64,000 bases of DNA from the NCBI RefSeq assembly GCF_006345805.1, contig NW_021835991.1, positions 310,001 through 374,000 on the forward strand. Direction: 5' to 3'. Numbering within the stretch: position 1 is the first letter of the stretch; each line of letters opens with the position of its first letter. Made by a program: the position numbers and the translations under genes. Source of the DNA: Octopus sinensis (lineage: Eukaryota). The notes beneath the pieces were generated by a model, which was given only the letters and a program-made list of their open reading frames with translations, searched no databases and was not told where the DNA came from. Shown here piece after piece: positions 36,860 through 48,283 of this stretch.

Positions 36860-39800
36860 TGATCTATCTTTTATTAACCAAAACGAAGCTAGATTAGTTT
36901 TATATTATAAATCGTCACGCTCCGGCAGCCAGTATCGCGTGCGTGTTGCCACGAAGAACTGCAATTCCGATACGTTGGCGAAGCCAATACCCCTCGCGAC
37001 TGTCCCTCCTTCGTTTAGCCAGCATCGCCCCAATTTCCTTGAGAAATTCCGCGGTTTTGGATCCCACTACACCAGACGTCTCTATCGAGATTGGGACAAA
37101 ACGGAAAAGTTTTCCGATCTCCAAATACTTAGATATCTTCGCCTTTTCTGCTGCGTTAGCAGCCCAACCGGGCGAATGAATATTCCGAAGAATCATGGAC
37201 TGGGAGAACGTGTCTACGCACGTCGCATCCCATGCGAGTGATTTTCCCTGGGAGTACGGGAAAAGAGTTATCCCATCGGGCCTTCTGCCATCTCCCCGGT
37301 CAAGCCCGATGGGTTCCAGGTGTGCTGGAAATCCTGCGCTCTCGAGGGCCCGTCGTATTATGTCGTTGAGTGCGGCATGGCGGGGAGCGCGACCTGCACT
37401 CCTCTTGCAAGACAAAGGGTGTAGTCCTTTGGAATCGACTATTCCTCCACACCGGCATCTGTGTTCCTGACAGACGTCAAGACCCAAGCGTTGTGCAACA
37501 CCGATTCTCACACAATCGTCGTCCATAAGCGTACCGAATGAACTGCATGGAAATGCGTGGAGCCATGCACCACTCCCGTGCTGTGCCCCGGATAGCAAAC
37601 AGACGAGCCGGTGTTGGTTCAACTCCCGCTTCAGGTCATCAACGACAGCCTTGCATGATATTGCGTCCCAACAATTCTGCCTCGAGACATCATCTGGGAT
37701 TGAAAGTCCGGCTTCCTTCCATTGCAAGCAAGCCTTGTCAAATACTGTGTCCAAGGAGAGTCCAGTTGTGTAACGTAGGATTTCCTGGACGAGATGACTG
37801 CAGCTTGAAAGCGATGACAGATATGCCGGGAATGCGAAATCCAGCGCCGACCTGAGACCCGTTCCTCCGATGCGTGTAGGAAGCTTGCATTGATTCCAGC
37901 CAGGTTCGTCAAAGTGGATGTTCAAGAGCGATTCAGCTGAACTTCTCAAAGTCCTATCCAGTGTCTGTAGAATGTCTCGATGTTCCAAGCAGGGAGAACA
38001 ACGGAGAGCGTATTGGAGTTTAGGCAAGCCAATGCTATTTTTCAAAAGGAAGAATGCAGTATGAGCATTGAGTAAGGAGAGTTTCTCCGTAACTCTAGAA
38101 AGACCCTTGTTTTTTTCCAGCAGATGGCACCGCAGTTCCTTTTCGCCAAGTGGGCATCCAAGAAAGTATGCCCTCTCCCGAGGTAAGACAGTAATCCCAG
38201 GTAATATCGATTCGAAAGACTTGACCACGTTGATAAAATCACTTTCCGAGTATGTGATATTTATCAGCTCCGATTTCTTTATATTTATATCAAGCCCGAG
38301 TTTTCGTAGTACAGGCACGGCTTGTGACAGAACGTCAAAAACTTTTCCCCACGGCCCTCCAATCGTGGCATCATCAAGATACCAGAGGTTCAGTTCCGCG
38401 TTGATGGAACGTACAGTTTCGTCGATTGCCAACGCAAAGAGAAGTGGACCAAGCGGGTCCCCTTGCTGGACTCCAGTCTCCGAATAGATAATCTTGTCCG
38501 CAAAGACGAGTGAAGACTTGGTTCCGTAGGCCAGGTAGACGAGTGGAATGAGTTCCGGGGCTCGTTTGCTTACTGTTTCGAAAATTTGATCCCTCCGCAG
38601 TGAATTAAAGGCATTGCAGATGTCAAGCTTGACTCCCATTTTTGGATTTTGTTCGTTTTTCTGTGTGAAAAAGCACCTTGCGGCATGCACCGCCGCCTCA
38701 CATCCGTTCTTTACCCCAACTCCGAGTTGGAAGGGGGAGAATTCTTCAGATATTCTCGGACAGACAAGACTGCATGCAATTTTAGCTGTTAGCCTTCTGA
38801 AGTAGTTCCCGACCGCGATAGGGCGGGCCCCACCTTCGGGTTTTTTGAAGCCAAGTAGATGTGCGCTGAAAAGAAGCTCCCTTGCGAGAGGAGGGATATC
38901 CCCGTTCAAAATACGCATAACCAGTCTTGTGATTGATTTGACAAGGTTGCGGCCCGCCTCCGCAGTAGCCCCAGCCGTGAGATCCTTGATGTGGCCTGGT
39001 CGCAAGCCATCGAGACCTCCACTGCTGCTCGCCGCGAACGACGAAATGCTGCGCCGCACTTCGCCTTCAGTAACAGTTGTCCTTGGCATATCTCCCGGGA
39101 GCACGAATGGGCGGTAATCTTCCGGCGGACATGGATGTTTTCGTCTGATCTGTTCGAGGACTTCAGGTGTTGCAGCCAGGACGGTATCGTCGCTGGAAAC
39201 GACCCGCAACGCCGCCCGGACATCGCCTTCAAGAAGTTTACGATTTACTTTCTCTCCGAGTGTATCTGGGCAATTCCGAAAGAGCGTATGATCGGCGTCC
39301 GGATGTTTTGCTTTTGAAAATTCCGTTTTGTTAATAGATCGTGATTGGAAATCGTGGATATTTTTCTTCATTTTTGAGGAAAGTGAGTTTCCATGCATGG
39401 AACTTTCTCTAGTGTTCCGATGTGGCTCCTTTGACTCAGTGTAAGGTATGCCAAGTGCAAGCGGGGCGAAACCGAAGAGTTTGAGCCAGGCCTCTTGGTC
39501 GTTGGACGTGAGTGCATCGTCAATAGCGGAAGCCAGGCATATAGCTGCAGGGATCCGGACGGGTCTCGGGATCTTAAGTGGAATCTTGTTGGCCTTCCTT
39601 TGCTCAGACAAGAAAAGCAGGAGAGAATCCGTATTGTCGAAATCCAACGGCTCGCTAGAGACGACAGGTTCATTCGATATTTTCGCCTGGGTCTTCCGGC
39701 CAAAGCCCATACATACATTGCAGTTCCATAAACTGAGTGAGGATGCAGCCTGCCGGGACATCCTTACACATCCGAGGTGGAAAAAGTTCCCGCAAATCGA

Positions 39801-40019
39801 GCAGAAGAGCCCGTACTTGCGTGCATTGCCACAACCGCACGAAGAACACACCATACCAACTCTCACAGGGATAATGTGCGTAGTGTTGTGTTCTTGCATC
39901 TTGGAGACTGTTTCTACGCCCTCTATTTGTTCGATGGCTCTTTTTTCTTTCTTCTTTTTCCAGTTCATTTCGGGATAAATTTTGCCCCACAAGAACCCCA
40001 CGCCGTAGTTTATTCTATC
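36860..40019 (-). mobile_element. CRE-clade (RLE-type) non-LTR retrotransposon with intact ORF
   Basis: Single long ORF in markedly GC-richer DNA, short 3' UTR with AATAAA, absent at the corresponding position of copy B. No TSD identified. Confidence 0.88.
36915..39968 (-). CDS. PHD finger - reverse transcriptase - zinc knuckle - restriction-like endonuclease polyprotein (~1017 aa from first ATG)
   Basis: C4HC3 PHD (CSSC..CSIC..HLGC..WNCNVC). RT motifs GGLDGLRP, RPIAVG, QLGVG..GCE, LDICNAFN, GVQQGDPLGPLLF, WYLDD. CRCG..H..SC knuckle. RH..N, RPDG..D, ETSG endonuclease motifs. Confidence 0.93.
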   Translation of the reverse strand: MNWKKKKEKRAIEQIEGVETVSKMQEHNTTHIIPVRVGMVCSSCGCGNARKYGLFCSICGNFFHLGCVRMSRQAASSLSLWNCNVCMGFGRKTQAKISNEPVVSSEPLDFDNTDSLLLFLSEQRKANKIPLKIPRPVRIPAAICLASAIDDALTSNDQEAWLKLFGFAPLALGIPYTESKEPHRNTRESSMHGNSLSSKMKKNIHDFQSRSINKTEFSKAKHPDADHTLFRNCPDTLGEKVNRKLLEGDVRAALRVVSSDDTVLAATPEVLEQIRRKHPCPPEDYRPFVLPGDMPRTTVTEGEVRRSISSFAASSSGGLDGLRPGHIKDLTAGATAEAGRNLVKSITRLVMRILNGDIPPLARELLFSAHLLGFKKPEGGARPIAVGNYFRRLTAKIACSLVCPRISEEFSPFQLGVGVKNGCEAAVHAARCFFTQKNEQNPKMGVKLDICNAFNSLRRDQIFETVSKRAPELIPLVYLAYGTKSSLVFADKIIYSETGVQQGDPLGPLLFALAIDETVRSINAELNLWYLDDATIGGPWGKVFDVLSQAVPVLRKLGLDINIKKSELINITYSESDFINVVKSFESILPGITVLPRERAYFLGCPLGEKELRCHLLEKNKGLSRVTEKLSLLNAHTAFFLLKNSIGLPKLQYALRCSPCLEHRDILQTLDRTLRSSAESLLNIHFDEPGWNQCKLPTRIGGTGLRSALDFAFPAYLSSLSSCSHLVQEILRYTTGLSLDTVFDKACLQWKEAGLSIPDDVSRQNCWDAISCKAVVDDLKRELNQHRLVCLLSGAQHGSGAWLHAFPCSSFGTLMDDDCVRIGVAQRLGLDVCQEHRCRCGGIVDSKGLHPLSCKRSAGRAPRHAALNDIIRRALESAGFPAHLEPIGLDRGDGRRPDGITLFPYSQGKSLAWDATCVDTFSQSMILRNIHSPGWAANAAEKAKISKYLEIGKLFRFVPISIETSGVVGSKTAEFLKEIGAMLAKRRRDSREGYWLRQRIGIAVLRGNTHAILAAGA

Positions 40020-41747
40020 AACCGGAAAAAATTCATTTTAAGAAATGGTTTAGCGTCATTTTAGAAAAAAATTATGGTTTCTCTCAAAAGATGTTAGCTC
40101 ATATAGTCTTAATTCTTAGGCTACGTGAAAAACGACAGTGAATACCAAAATCTGAGAAGTGTACTACTTCAACAACCAGTGATGACTACATCCAAGTCAG
40201 AAAAATACAAACTTATGAAAAAAGCGACTCAATTTATCATTATTAATGATCGGTATATTTGCGACTCCTAACTCATAGTCTTTATCTAAAGGACGAGAAT
40301 AACCAAAAACACAAATTGGTCATTTGTCTGGACAATGAAATGGAGATGAGGACACTAGCATTCGCCATTCACCAAGAATCCCACTGGGGAATACGAAAGC
40401 TTCAGAAAAAGTGCAGTGAATTCTATTTCACTGTAAAACGTCCAATCATCGAACAAATTATAAAAGACTGCGAAATTTGTAAATTTGCCCTACCATTGAA
40501 AGTATTTTAAAAAAATATACCTAGGTGTCGGATTCTAATTACCATGTAACTGCAGGAAAACCCAATGAAAGATTCCAGGCGGATCTTATTGATGTAAGAA
40601 GATATAAAGAGTTTAATGATGGATGTAATTGGATACTTACAATTATTGACATCCACAGCAAATTTGTTGTCTGCAAATCTTTAAAAAATAAAACTGCTTC
40701 TGGTAAGACTTAAAATTTATTTGAAGAAGTGGTGAATAAATTCCAAAATTTGTTTTATCAAATTGGATATTGTCAGATCTTGCAAACGGACAACGGGTTG
40801 GAATTCAAAAACCAACTTATGGCTCAACTATGCGAGTAAAACAAAATTAAGCATATTTATGGAAGGCCAAACCATCCTCAGTCACAAGTTTGTTAGTTTA
40901 TATAACTTAGGGTGTGATTGAGAGGTTTAACCAAACCTTAACTCGTGCTCTGGCCAAAATGATGGAAATAGAGGGAACTAAAAATTGGAAACAATTTTTA
41001 GACAAAGTAACTTTTTCTTATAATACGACACACCACTCGGCGATCAATGAGACCCCCTTCAAAAAGTTTAGGGGTATTTCTGGAATTAACACTGTGATTC
41101 ATGAAATACCAGGTTATAATCTTATTTATAATTTAGATGAAAATAATGAGGCATCGTTTGTCGAAGATGAACTTAGTGGTAAATTTACGATGTATTTATT
41201 TTAGAAACGAATAACAAAATTTTTAATTTCACTCCTCCAGACATGAATTCATCTTATTTTAAAAGAATGAATACAAAGATGGGAGTACACAGGTCAAAAT
41301 ATGATTTTGAAATAGGGAATGAGGTATAAATAAATAATAACAGTTTAGGTTCGAATCTTGAAAGATTGTGGGACAAATCCGTCATTGAAGCTACACAGAT
41401 TTGAATCCCCATATGAAGAAAAGGGAACAGTGAAAGAAGTAATGTCAAATAACAGACTACTAGTGAGTTACCATTCCTAACATTAAGATCGAATTCCAAA
41501 ATGAAGCTAGGATAGTTACTATGAACAGAGTTAAAAAGTGTTAATTTTTTTAAGTGTTAACATGTCGTTAGTTTTTTTAATTAATACAAAAATACATCGA
41601 TTAAAATATATCACCTGTCAAACTGATGGTCGCAATTAATGTCAAAAATACATCACTGAAGGTCATAACCTGTCAAATTGAAGGTCGGATGGTCGCCAGC
41701 GTGGGATGGTCGCCAGCGTGGGATGGTCGCCAGCGTGGGTCGCGACA
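40020..41747 (+). mobile_element. Ginger2/TDD DNA transposon, family 1 (5' TIR lost at the CRE junction)
   Basis: Right end ..(ATGGTCGCCAGCGTGGG)x3 TCGCGACA followed by TATTA. Encodes a retroviral-like integrase with no RT or LTR. Confidence 0.88.
40074..41544 (+). CDS. Ginger2/TDD (KRBA2-like) integrase-transposase, 10 exons, one in-frame TAA (~40836)
   Basis: HHCC (IHQESHWG..CEIC), FQADLID, IDIHSKF, LQTDNGLEF, GRPNHPQSQGVIERFNQTL, YNTTHHSAINETPF, C-terminal FEIGNEVRIL..SPY. Nine GT-AG introns of about 23-27 nt. Confidence 0.85.
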
Positions 41748-41884
41748 TATTAAATTAGCGTTAACTCAGAAAACTGCAAAGGGAAATCTGAAGAAGCCGT
41801 GTTAATCAGTAAATGAGAGATTCGATAGTTTTGTTGGTTAGCCGGACATCTTCTTTCTACGTCACTGCAGTAGTGACCACCTGA

Positions 41885-43299
41885 TACTAAATATCTTTGT
41901 AATAATTAGAAGTTTCACCAATGGGTTTCCTTATAAATTTAAATTTTTTTGGATCCGGATAGGAACATTCTGACTCGGAATTATCTACGTATATATTTTA
42001 AATTGGATTACGCAAATTTTCTACGCTCTCTGGAGTTGAACAATCAAATGAATCTTCCATTTGCTCTGAAATAACACAATCATTTGAATCATCTAAAACA
42101 TAATTATATATAACCACCAATTATTGGATTTATTCCCTTAATTCCCCTATATTTTTCAAAGGGGCTCTCATTAGAAAATGAATGTACAGAGATGTTATAA
42201 CTGTACACACATTTTTCTAATTTCACTATCCACTTTTTCTCGCTGTTAAAGTTTGGTTGAATCTCTCTACAACCCCCTGTGTCCGTGGATTGTTAGGTCT
42301 TCCGTGAATTTGTTTGATTTTAAAATCAAAACAAATTTTCTTTATTTCCTGATTCTTAAACTCAGACCCATTATCTGACTGAAGAATTTGACATGGGGCG
42401 TTTAAATAAAATAATGACTTTAAATTTTCCGATACTTCTTTGTCCGACTTATTATAAAGAGGCCTGGCGAAGGCAAATCTATAAAGATTGTTTTAACTAA
42501 CAAACCTCCTATAGACATCAATGACCGTTAAAATCCATTTAAAATCATGATTAACAGTTGAAAATCTTTTTAAGTCTTTAAGATCTATCTGAAACCGTTC
42601 ATTAGGACAAGAAGCAAAAACATGGTGATTTATATCTCCAATCTACAATATAAAATGCCTATACTTTTAAAGGACGTGAAAATTTACAGACTTGACAATT
42701 TCGAATTACTTTTCTGATTATGTCATTCTTTACAGTAAAATAGCTTTGTCGACACTGATATTCAATTTTATTCACTCCTCCGTGAGAATACTCGTGCAAT
42801 GTTTTTGCAACAAGCTCCATTTCAGATTCATTATCGAGAGTAATTACTAACTTGGGATCAGCGGATTTAAGATACAATCTGAAACTTATTGCGCATTCAA
42901 AATACCTTTCATTTATGATAGTAAAATTCTTTATTTTATTGGCAAGCCTATATTTTGTGTGCCTCGAAAAATTTTCGGGAAATTTACCAGCCAACGCATC
43001 CTTTAAAATCTCATATTCGATAATGTCTTTTACAAAACCCTTGTAAGAACTCATCACAATAGAGAAAACAAGAAAAAACACGCTAGAAATGTAAGTTTGC
43101 CAAGTTAAAAAATTAAAATCTTAATAATTGTAACATTAATAAATTAAAGATTATTTAACATGTTTGAAATCGATTCATTTAATATATTTTTTTTCACTAT
43201 AAAAATTAAATTTCGGCTAATCAAAGAATTCTAATTTGACAGTTTCAATGTCAAAAAATGTAACGCGCTGCCCATGCGTAACGCGCTGCCCATGTCACA
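41885..43299 (-). mobile_element. Ginger2/TDD family 2, defective and 3'-truncated
   Basis: End TGTGACATGGGCAGCGCGTTACGCATGGGCAGCGCGTTAC (at 43299, minus strand). Product LHEYSHGG..CQVC, FQIDLKD, LQSDNGSEF, GRPNNPRTQGVVERFNQTL, with micro-introns. Confidence 0.85.
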
Positions 43300-44072
43300 T
43301 ATTAGAGGATTTACGGAGAAGATGGGAGGAAGATTTGTGGAGTCTCCCCTTTTTAAATATAAAAGTGCAATCTACATTATTATTTTATGAAATATAAAAT
43401 AATATTTCCGACATAAAGGATATTGATAAAATTCTCTGAAGTTTAGGGATTGAGCAACCTACTTTCCCATCATCGATGTCGAGTTTAATTTGTAAATCTC
43501 AATTTTTTATTTAATAAATGTGATAAGATTTTTTAATAATCAACTTATTAAAGAATTTTATTTTTCAAATGAAATTCAGAACATAAACAGTTTAATGAAT
43601 AAATCTAAAAATTACTCTCTGAAAAATATCAAAACCTTCTCATTTGAAGTGGTACGATTGGTTCTTCTGCATTTCCAATAAAATTATATAATTCAGAAAA
43701 AGAATTTAAAAACTTTACTTTTTGAAGAAATTTAGAACTTTAATAAAAATAAATTAACAAAAAAACCTTATAAATAATTTTAAACACGAATACAAGAATC
43801 TTGTCATTATTTTTGGATAGATTATATATAAAGTAACTATTTTCTTTTTTATCCTGGTCATAAAAAAATAAAAATAACATTCTCTCTATTTTTAAATGAG
43901 CCTGTTGTAACCAATAAAACGGAGGAAGATGTGCTGATGTGTTAGGGTATTGACAATAAACAATAATCATGTTATTCATTACCTGTTTTTTGATTAGTTC
44001 CAACAAAAATCTAAAATGATGTTAGTTAGATTGTACATAAAAAGATTATCCATAATTTTAATATAATTATTA

Positions 44073-45422
44073 TGTCGCGACCCACGCTGGCGACCATCCC
44101 ACGCTGGCGACCAGAGCGACCTTCATTGTTGACAAGATTGACAGGGTTTGACATTAACTACATAGTTTGACATTAATTACTGACTAAAGATAATTGCTAA
44201 AAAATCAAAAAACTTAACATTTTTTATCTCTATTCATAGTAACTATTTCGTAATTCGAACTAAATGTTTGTTGGGAAAGACAACTAACCATTAATCTGTA
44301 TTTAGACATTATATTTTTTACTTTTCCCTTTTCTTCATATGGGGATTCAAATCTGTGCAGCTTCAATGACGGATTCGTCCCACAATCTTTTATTATTCGT
44401 TTCTAAAAATAAATACATCGTAAATTTACCATTAAGTTCATCTTCGACAAACGATGCCTCGTTATTTTCATCTAAATTATAAATAAGATTATAACCTGGT
44501 ATTTTATGAATCACAGTGTTAATTCCAGAAATACCTTTAAACTTTTGAAGGGGGTCTCATTGATCGCCGAGTGATGTGTCGTATTATAGGAAAAAGTTAC
44601 TTTGTCTAAAAATTGTTTCCAATTTTTACGTATTTTTGGTTTTTGAATTCCAACCCGTTGTCCGTTTGCAAGATCTGACAATATCCAATTTGATAAAACA
44701 ATTTTTGGAATTTATTCACCACTTCTTCAATTAAATTTTAAGTCTTACCAGAAGCAGTTTTATTTTTTAAAGATTTGCAGACAACAAATTTGCTGTGGAT
44801 GTCAATAATTGTCAGTATCCAATTACATCCATCGTTAAACTCTTTATATCTTCTAACATCAATAATATCCGCCTGGAATCTTTCATTGGGTTTTCCTGCA
44901 GTTACATGGTAATTAGAATCCGACACCTAGGTATATTTTTTTAAAATACTTTCAATGGTAGGGCAAATTTACAAATTTCGCAGTCTTTTATAATTTGTTC
45001 GATGATTGGACGTTTTACAGTGAAATAGAATTCACTGCACTTTTTCTGAAGCTTTCGTATTCCCCAGTGGGATTCTTGGTGAATGGCGAATGCTAGTGTC
45101 CTCATCTCCATTTCATTGTCCAGATAAATGACCAATTTGTGTTTTTGGTTATTCTCGTCCTTTAGATAAAGACTATGAGTTAGGAGTTGCAAATATACAG
45201 ATCATTAATAATGATAAATTGAGTCGCTTTTTTCATGCTAACATCTTTTGAGAGAAACCATAATTTTTTTTCTAAAATGACGCTAAACCATTTCTTAAAA
45301 TGAATTTTTTCCGGTTTAAATTAAATATCAAATTTAAATTAAATCACCTGTCAAACTGAAGGTCATAACCTGTCAAGCTGATGGTCGCCAGCGTGGGATG
45401 GTCGCCAGCGTGGGTCGCGACA
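44073..45422 (-). mobile_element. non-autonomous Ginger2/TDD family 1 element with both TIRs and 5-bp TSD TATTA
   Basis: TGTCGCGACCCACGCTGGCGACCATCCCACGCTGGCGACCA at both ends. The empty site AATATAAT-TATTA-TTTTCGG at ~20601-20620 establishes the TSD. Three internal deletions relative to 40020-41747. Confidence 0.95.
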
Positions 45423-46502
45423 TATTATTTTCGGCTTTTGAAGGAAAATTAAATTCCCAGAAATATAGAATACATGTTTTTTCGTCAACAAAACCTGAAT
45501 TTTTATTGCCCAATTCATTTACCGCCATGTGAGTATACATCTAAATATGACTGTATTAATTTGAAATCATAATAAATTGAATATTGGCGATTATTATTTT
45601 TCTCTTCGTCATGATACGTGAATTCTTAAACATTAATATTTATCAGTTTTACCATTTGAGTCATGAAGTGGAATAAGAGATGAATTATTGAGGCTGTGGG
45701 CTTCGTTCATCGTTTTTTTAAATAAATAATTTGTTAATATATTGATATAATATATGCGCATTTTGAATTATTGCGATATTAATATTTCCGGATTGAGTTT
45801 ATGATTTAAATATTTTAATTTATTTGATTCAAGTACACGAAAGGAGATTACAAACTAGGGCCAATGCATAGCTTCAAAGTTTATGTCATTCCTTTGTGAA
45901 AAGATGGACTGATTGTTGACCAATTATTAAAAGGATTACTAAAACAATTGATGTAGAAAATCTCTTTAATCAACTATTTTTAAAAGAACTCTGAAGAATA
46001 ACAGTTTTAATATTCGCCGAACAAGTCCTTTCCTGACATTTAGTCACCAGAAAGGGCTAGACTGCACCTATTAGGATTTTTTTTTTTGAGAATCAAGAAA
46101 ATTAGAGAAGAGAAATTAACTAATCTAGATGAGTCGCCGAGCGAATGGACAGGCAATTTCCACGTAATATCGCGAACGATATCCGCTGAAAAAGCCAGCT
46201 CGTTTCACGACTGTCGTGACTCCTCCTCGAGATGATTGAACCAATCTCTGAGAGGAGTTTGAGGGCTTTGGGTCCAATTATCCCACTGGTCTCGAAAGCC
46301 AGAGGAATGAAGCAGCAGGTATCGGTCAAAGAGGCATATTTAGCAGTTTTCCTAGATTAGGATATTTATACAGAAAATGGGAAAGAGATTTTTGTAGTTT
46401 CTTTTGTTGAATATAAAGGAGCAATACTTGATTACAAAATTAATTAAACTAAAATAGAAATGGTTTTTTTTAAATCAAATTAATATAGAAAATCAAAGTC
46501 AT

Positions 46503-47441
46503 TTAAATAAATGGGATTCCGATCCAGGTAGTATTCCTATATACCTGGTATTGTGATCCAAAAAATGATAGTAAAAGAGCTTCTTCATTATTAATCCGTT
46601 TCTTAAAAAATAAAGCATCCAACAAAAAAACAGAACAGTCGAAAACGGATTAACCAACGTAATCTATAACAATAACAAAAATCTTAAATACCTGAGTCCC
46701 AACAGAGAAATAAAAAAATCCAACATAAGCAGGATGCCGAAAATACTTATAGACTCCATTTTTTATTAGATCATGATCCCGACGTAGTTTGGATTCTATT
46801 TGATGACTATAGTTACTCCCGAGTGTTAGGATTGAGACCTTTCTCAATAAATCTGCCAACAAAGAAATCAATATTCCCAAAATCGATAAAAATTTAAAAT
46901 TTTCTCTGAAACCTTGAAAATATTAAAAAAGATGAAAAACCGGGAAATAAGAAAATAGAAACTAAATATTCAAAAATTGCTATCCCCATCGCATAAAAGT
47001 AATCTCCATTTGTAAAAAGAAACGATTCGTTTGAAAAATCATAAACTTTTGCAACATTGGCACATATAAATTCTAAATAATGAAACATGCACAGTTGTAT
47101 GAGAAATATTCCAAATAGTATATGCTTTGACCAAAATAGTACAAAAAAGAGCCCAATGGACAAAACTAATCCCAAAATCGTTGAGTTTTTTATAATCTAC
47201 AAAAATTGAATTAAAAATGAAACGTTTTTATATTCAGAATAATTATTTTGAGGTACATTTTTTAGGATAAAATAAACCGAAATTGTTTGAAAGAAAATTA
47301 AGAATGTTAAATAAGCATTCTTAAGGTAAAAAATAAATATGGTTGAAGAGCCTAATAAGAAAGAAATCAATGAGAATATTAATGAAGTATTGTGGGAATC
47401 GTTCTAATTTTTATTATAAATAAAAAAACGTTAAAAATCAT
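46503..47441 (-). CDS. ICMT: ICMT copy 3
   Basis: Near-identical to copies 1 and 2 with a few substitutions (TAA stop, EYF>EYL) and a homopolymer frameshift near 46595. Confidence 0.88.
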
Positions 47442-48283
47442 TTCTGGTCAGTCCACAAGAAGTGATAATCTCATAATTAGAATTTATTTATCAGACATAA
47501 TTTCATTTTAATTTGAAATAAATTTTAATAATAATCTCTGTTCCCTTTCAACGCATATTCCACGTGTTATAATAAATATATCAACCTCGCCAACTTGGAC
47601 ATTGTGGCAATGATAGAGTTTCATTAACCGTGCTTACTAGTTTAAGAAAATAAGACCAGGAACAAAAGACCGCTGTGAAAATACGGAACACTATCGATGC
47701 CCGGATAAGTTACCAAGCACAGATTGAGAAGGAAATGCCCAATTTGATCGTTATTGCGTGATACTACATAAATACGGAAAATTTCAGTGTGTCCACTTTA
47801 TAAGACACTGACGAGAGCTGGTGAGTCATGTGGTCGAAGAATGTGTAGGGACTCTGTCCACCACGGGACATTTCACCAACTTTATTTTCTCAATAGATCT
47901 ATGTATTGAGAAAAGCCAGATTACTAGATAAAGTGCGGAGTGGCCATGATATGCGCTCTAAACTATATTAACCTAAATGGATAACGATGACGTTCAGTGC
48001 ACATGTTTAATTATTATATGAGTTCTAGAGCAATGGAATTACTGCCAAGATTGAAAGGAATCTGATTTATGAGAGTACAACTGACTTGACTGATGGAATA
48101 TTCGCCGGATTTGGACTGTCGGGATACAAGGTGGCGGACTTTAACGAGGTTGAATACTACGGTTTCAATTAATCATTTACTTTATTTTCTCTATCACTAA
48201 CTTTCTTGATTAAACTATTGCTTAAAACCACTCTTAAAATAAAAGAATTATATTAGCACTCCTTCAGCTCTCATAATCTAGAT

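Noticed and set aside
29109-40001. RT genes as bacterial retron, group II intron or DGR, or as contamination
   Set aside because: APE and RLE domains, TSD and tail, decayed relatives and intron-rich flanking genes show they are integrated eukaryotic non-LTR elements.
36939-40064. Many overlapping plus-strand and alternative-frame ORFs (also 29566-31143)
   Set aside because: Shadow ORFs expected in GC-richer coding DNA; no recognisable motifs.
40836-40838. In-frame TAA in the integrase as a sign of an alternative genetic code
   Set aside because: RFC5, the RTE and the hAT ORFs end at TAA and the long ORFs have no internal TAA/TAG; more likely a copy-specific mutation.
41686-41747. GC-rich 17-bp direct repeats (also 43259-43299, 44073-44112, 45381-45422) resembling CRISPR repeats or iterons
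   Set aside because: Head-to-tail with no spacers and no cas genes; they are the subterminal repeats of Ginger2 TIRs.
40259-45192. Integrase ORFs as LTR retrotransposon or Polinton/Maverick
   Set aside because: No gag, RT, LTRs, polB or capsid. Short TGT..ACA TIR elements with a 5-bp TSD fit Ginger2/TDD.
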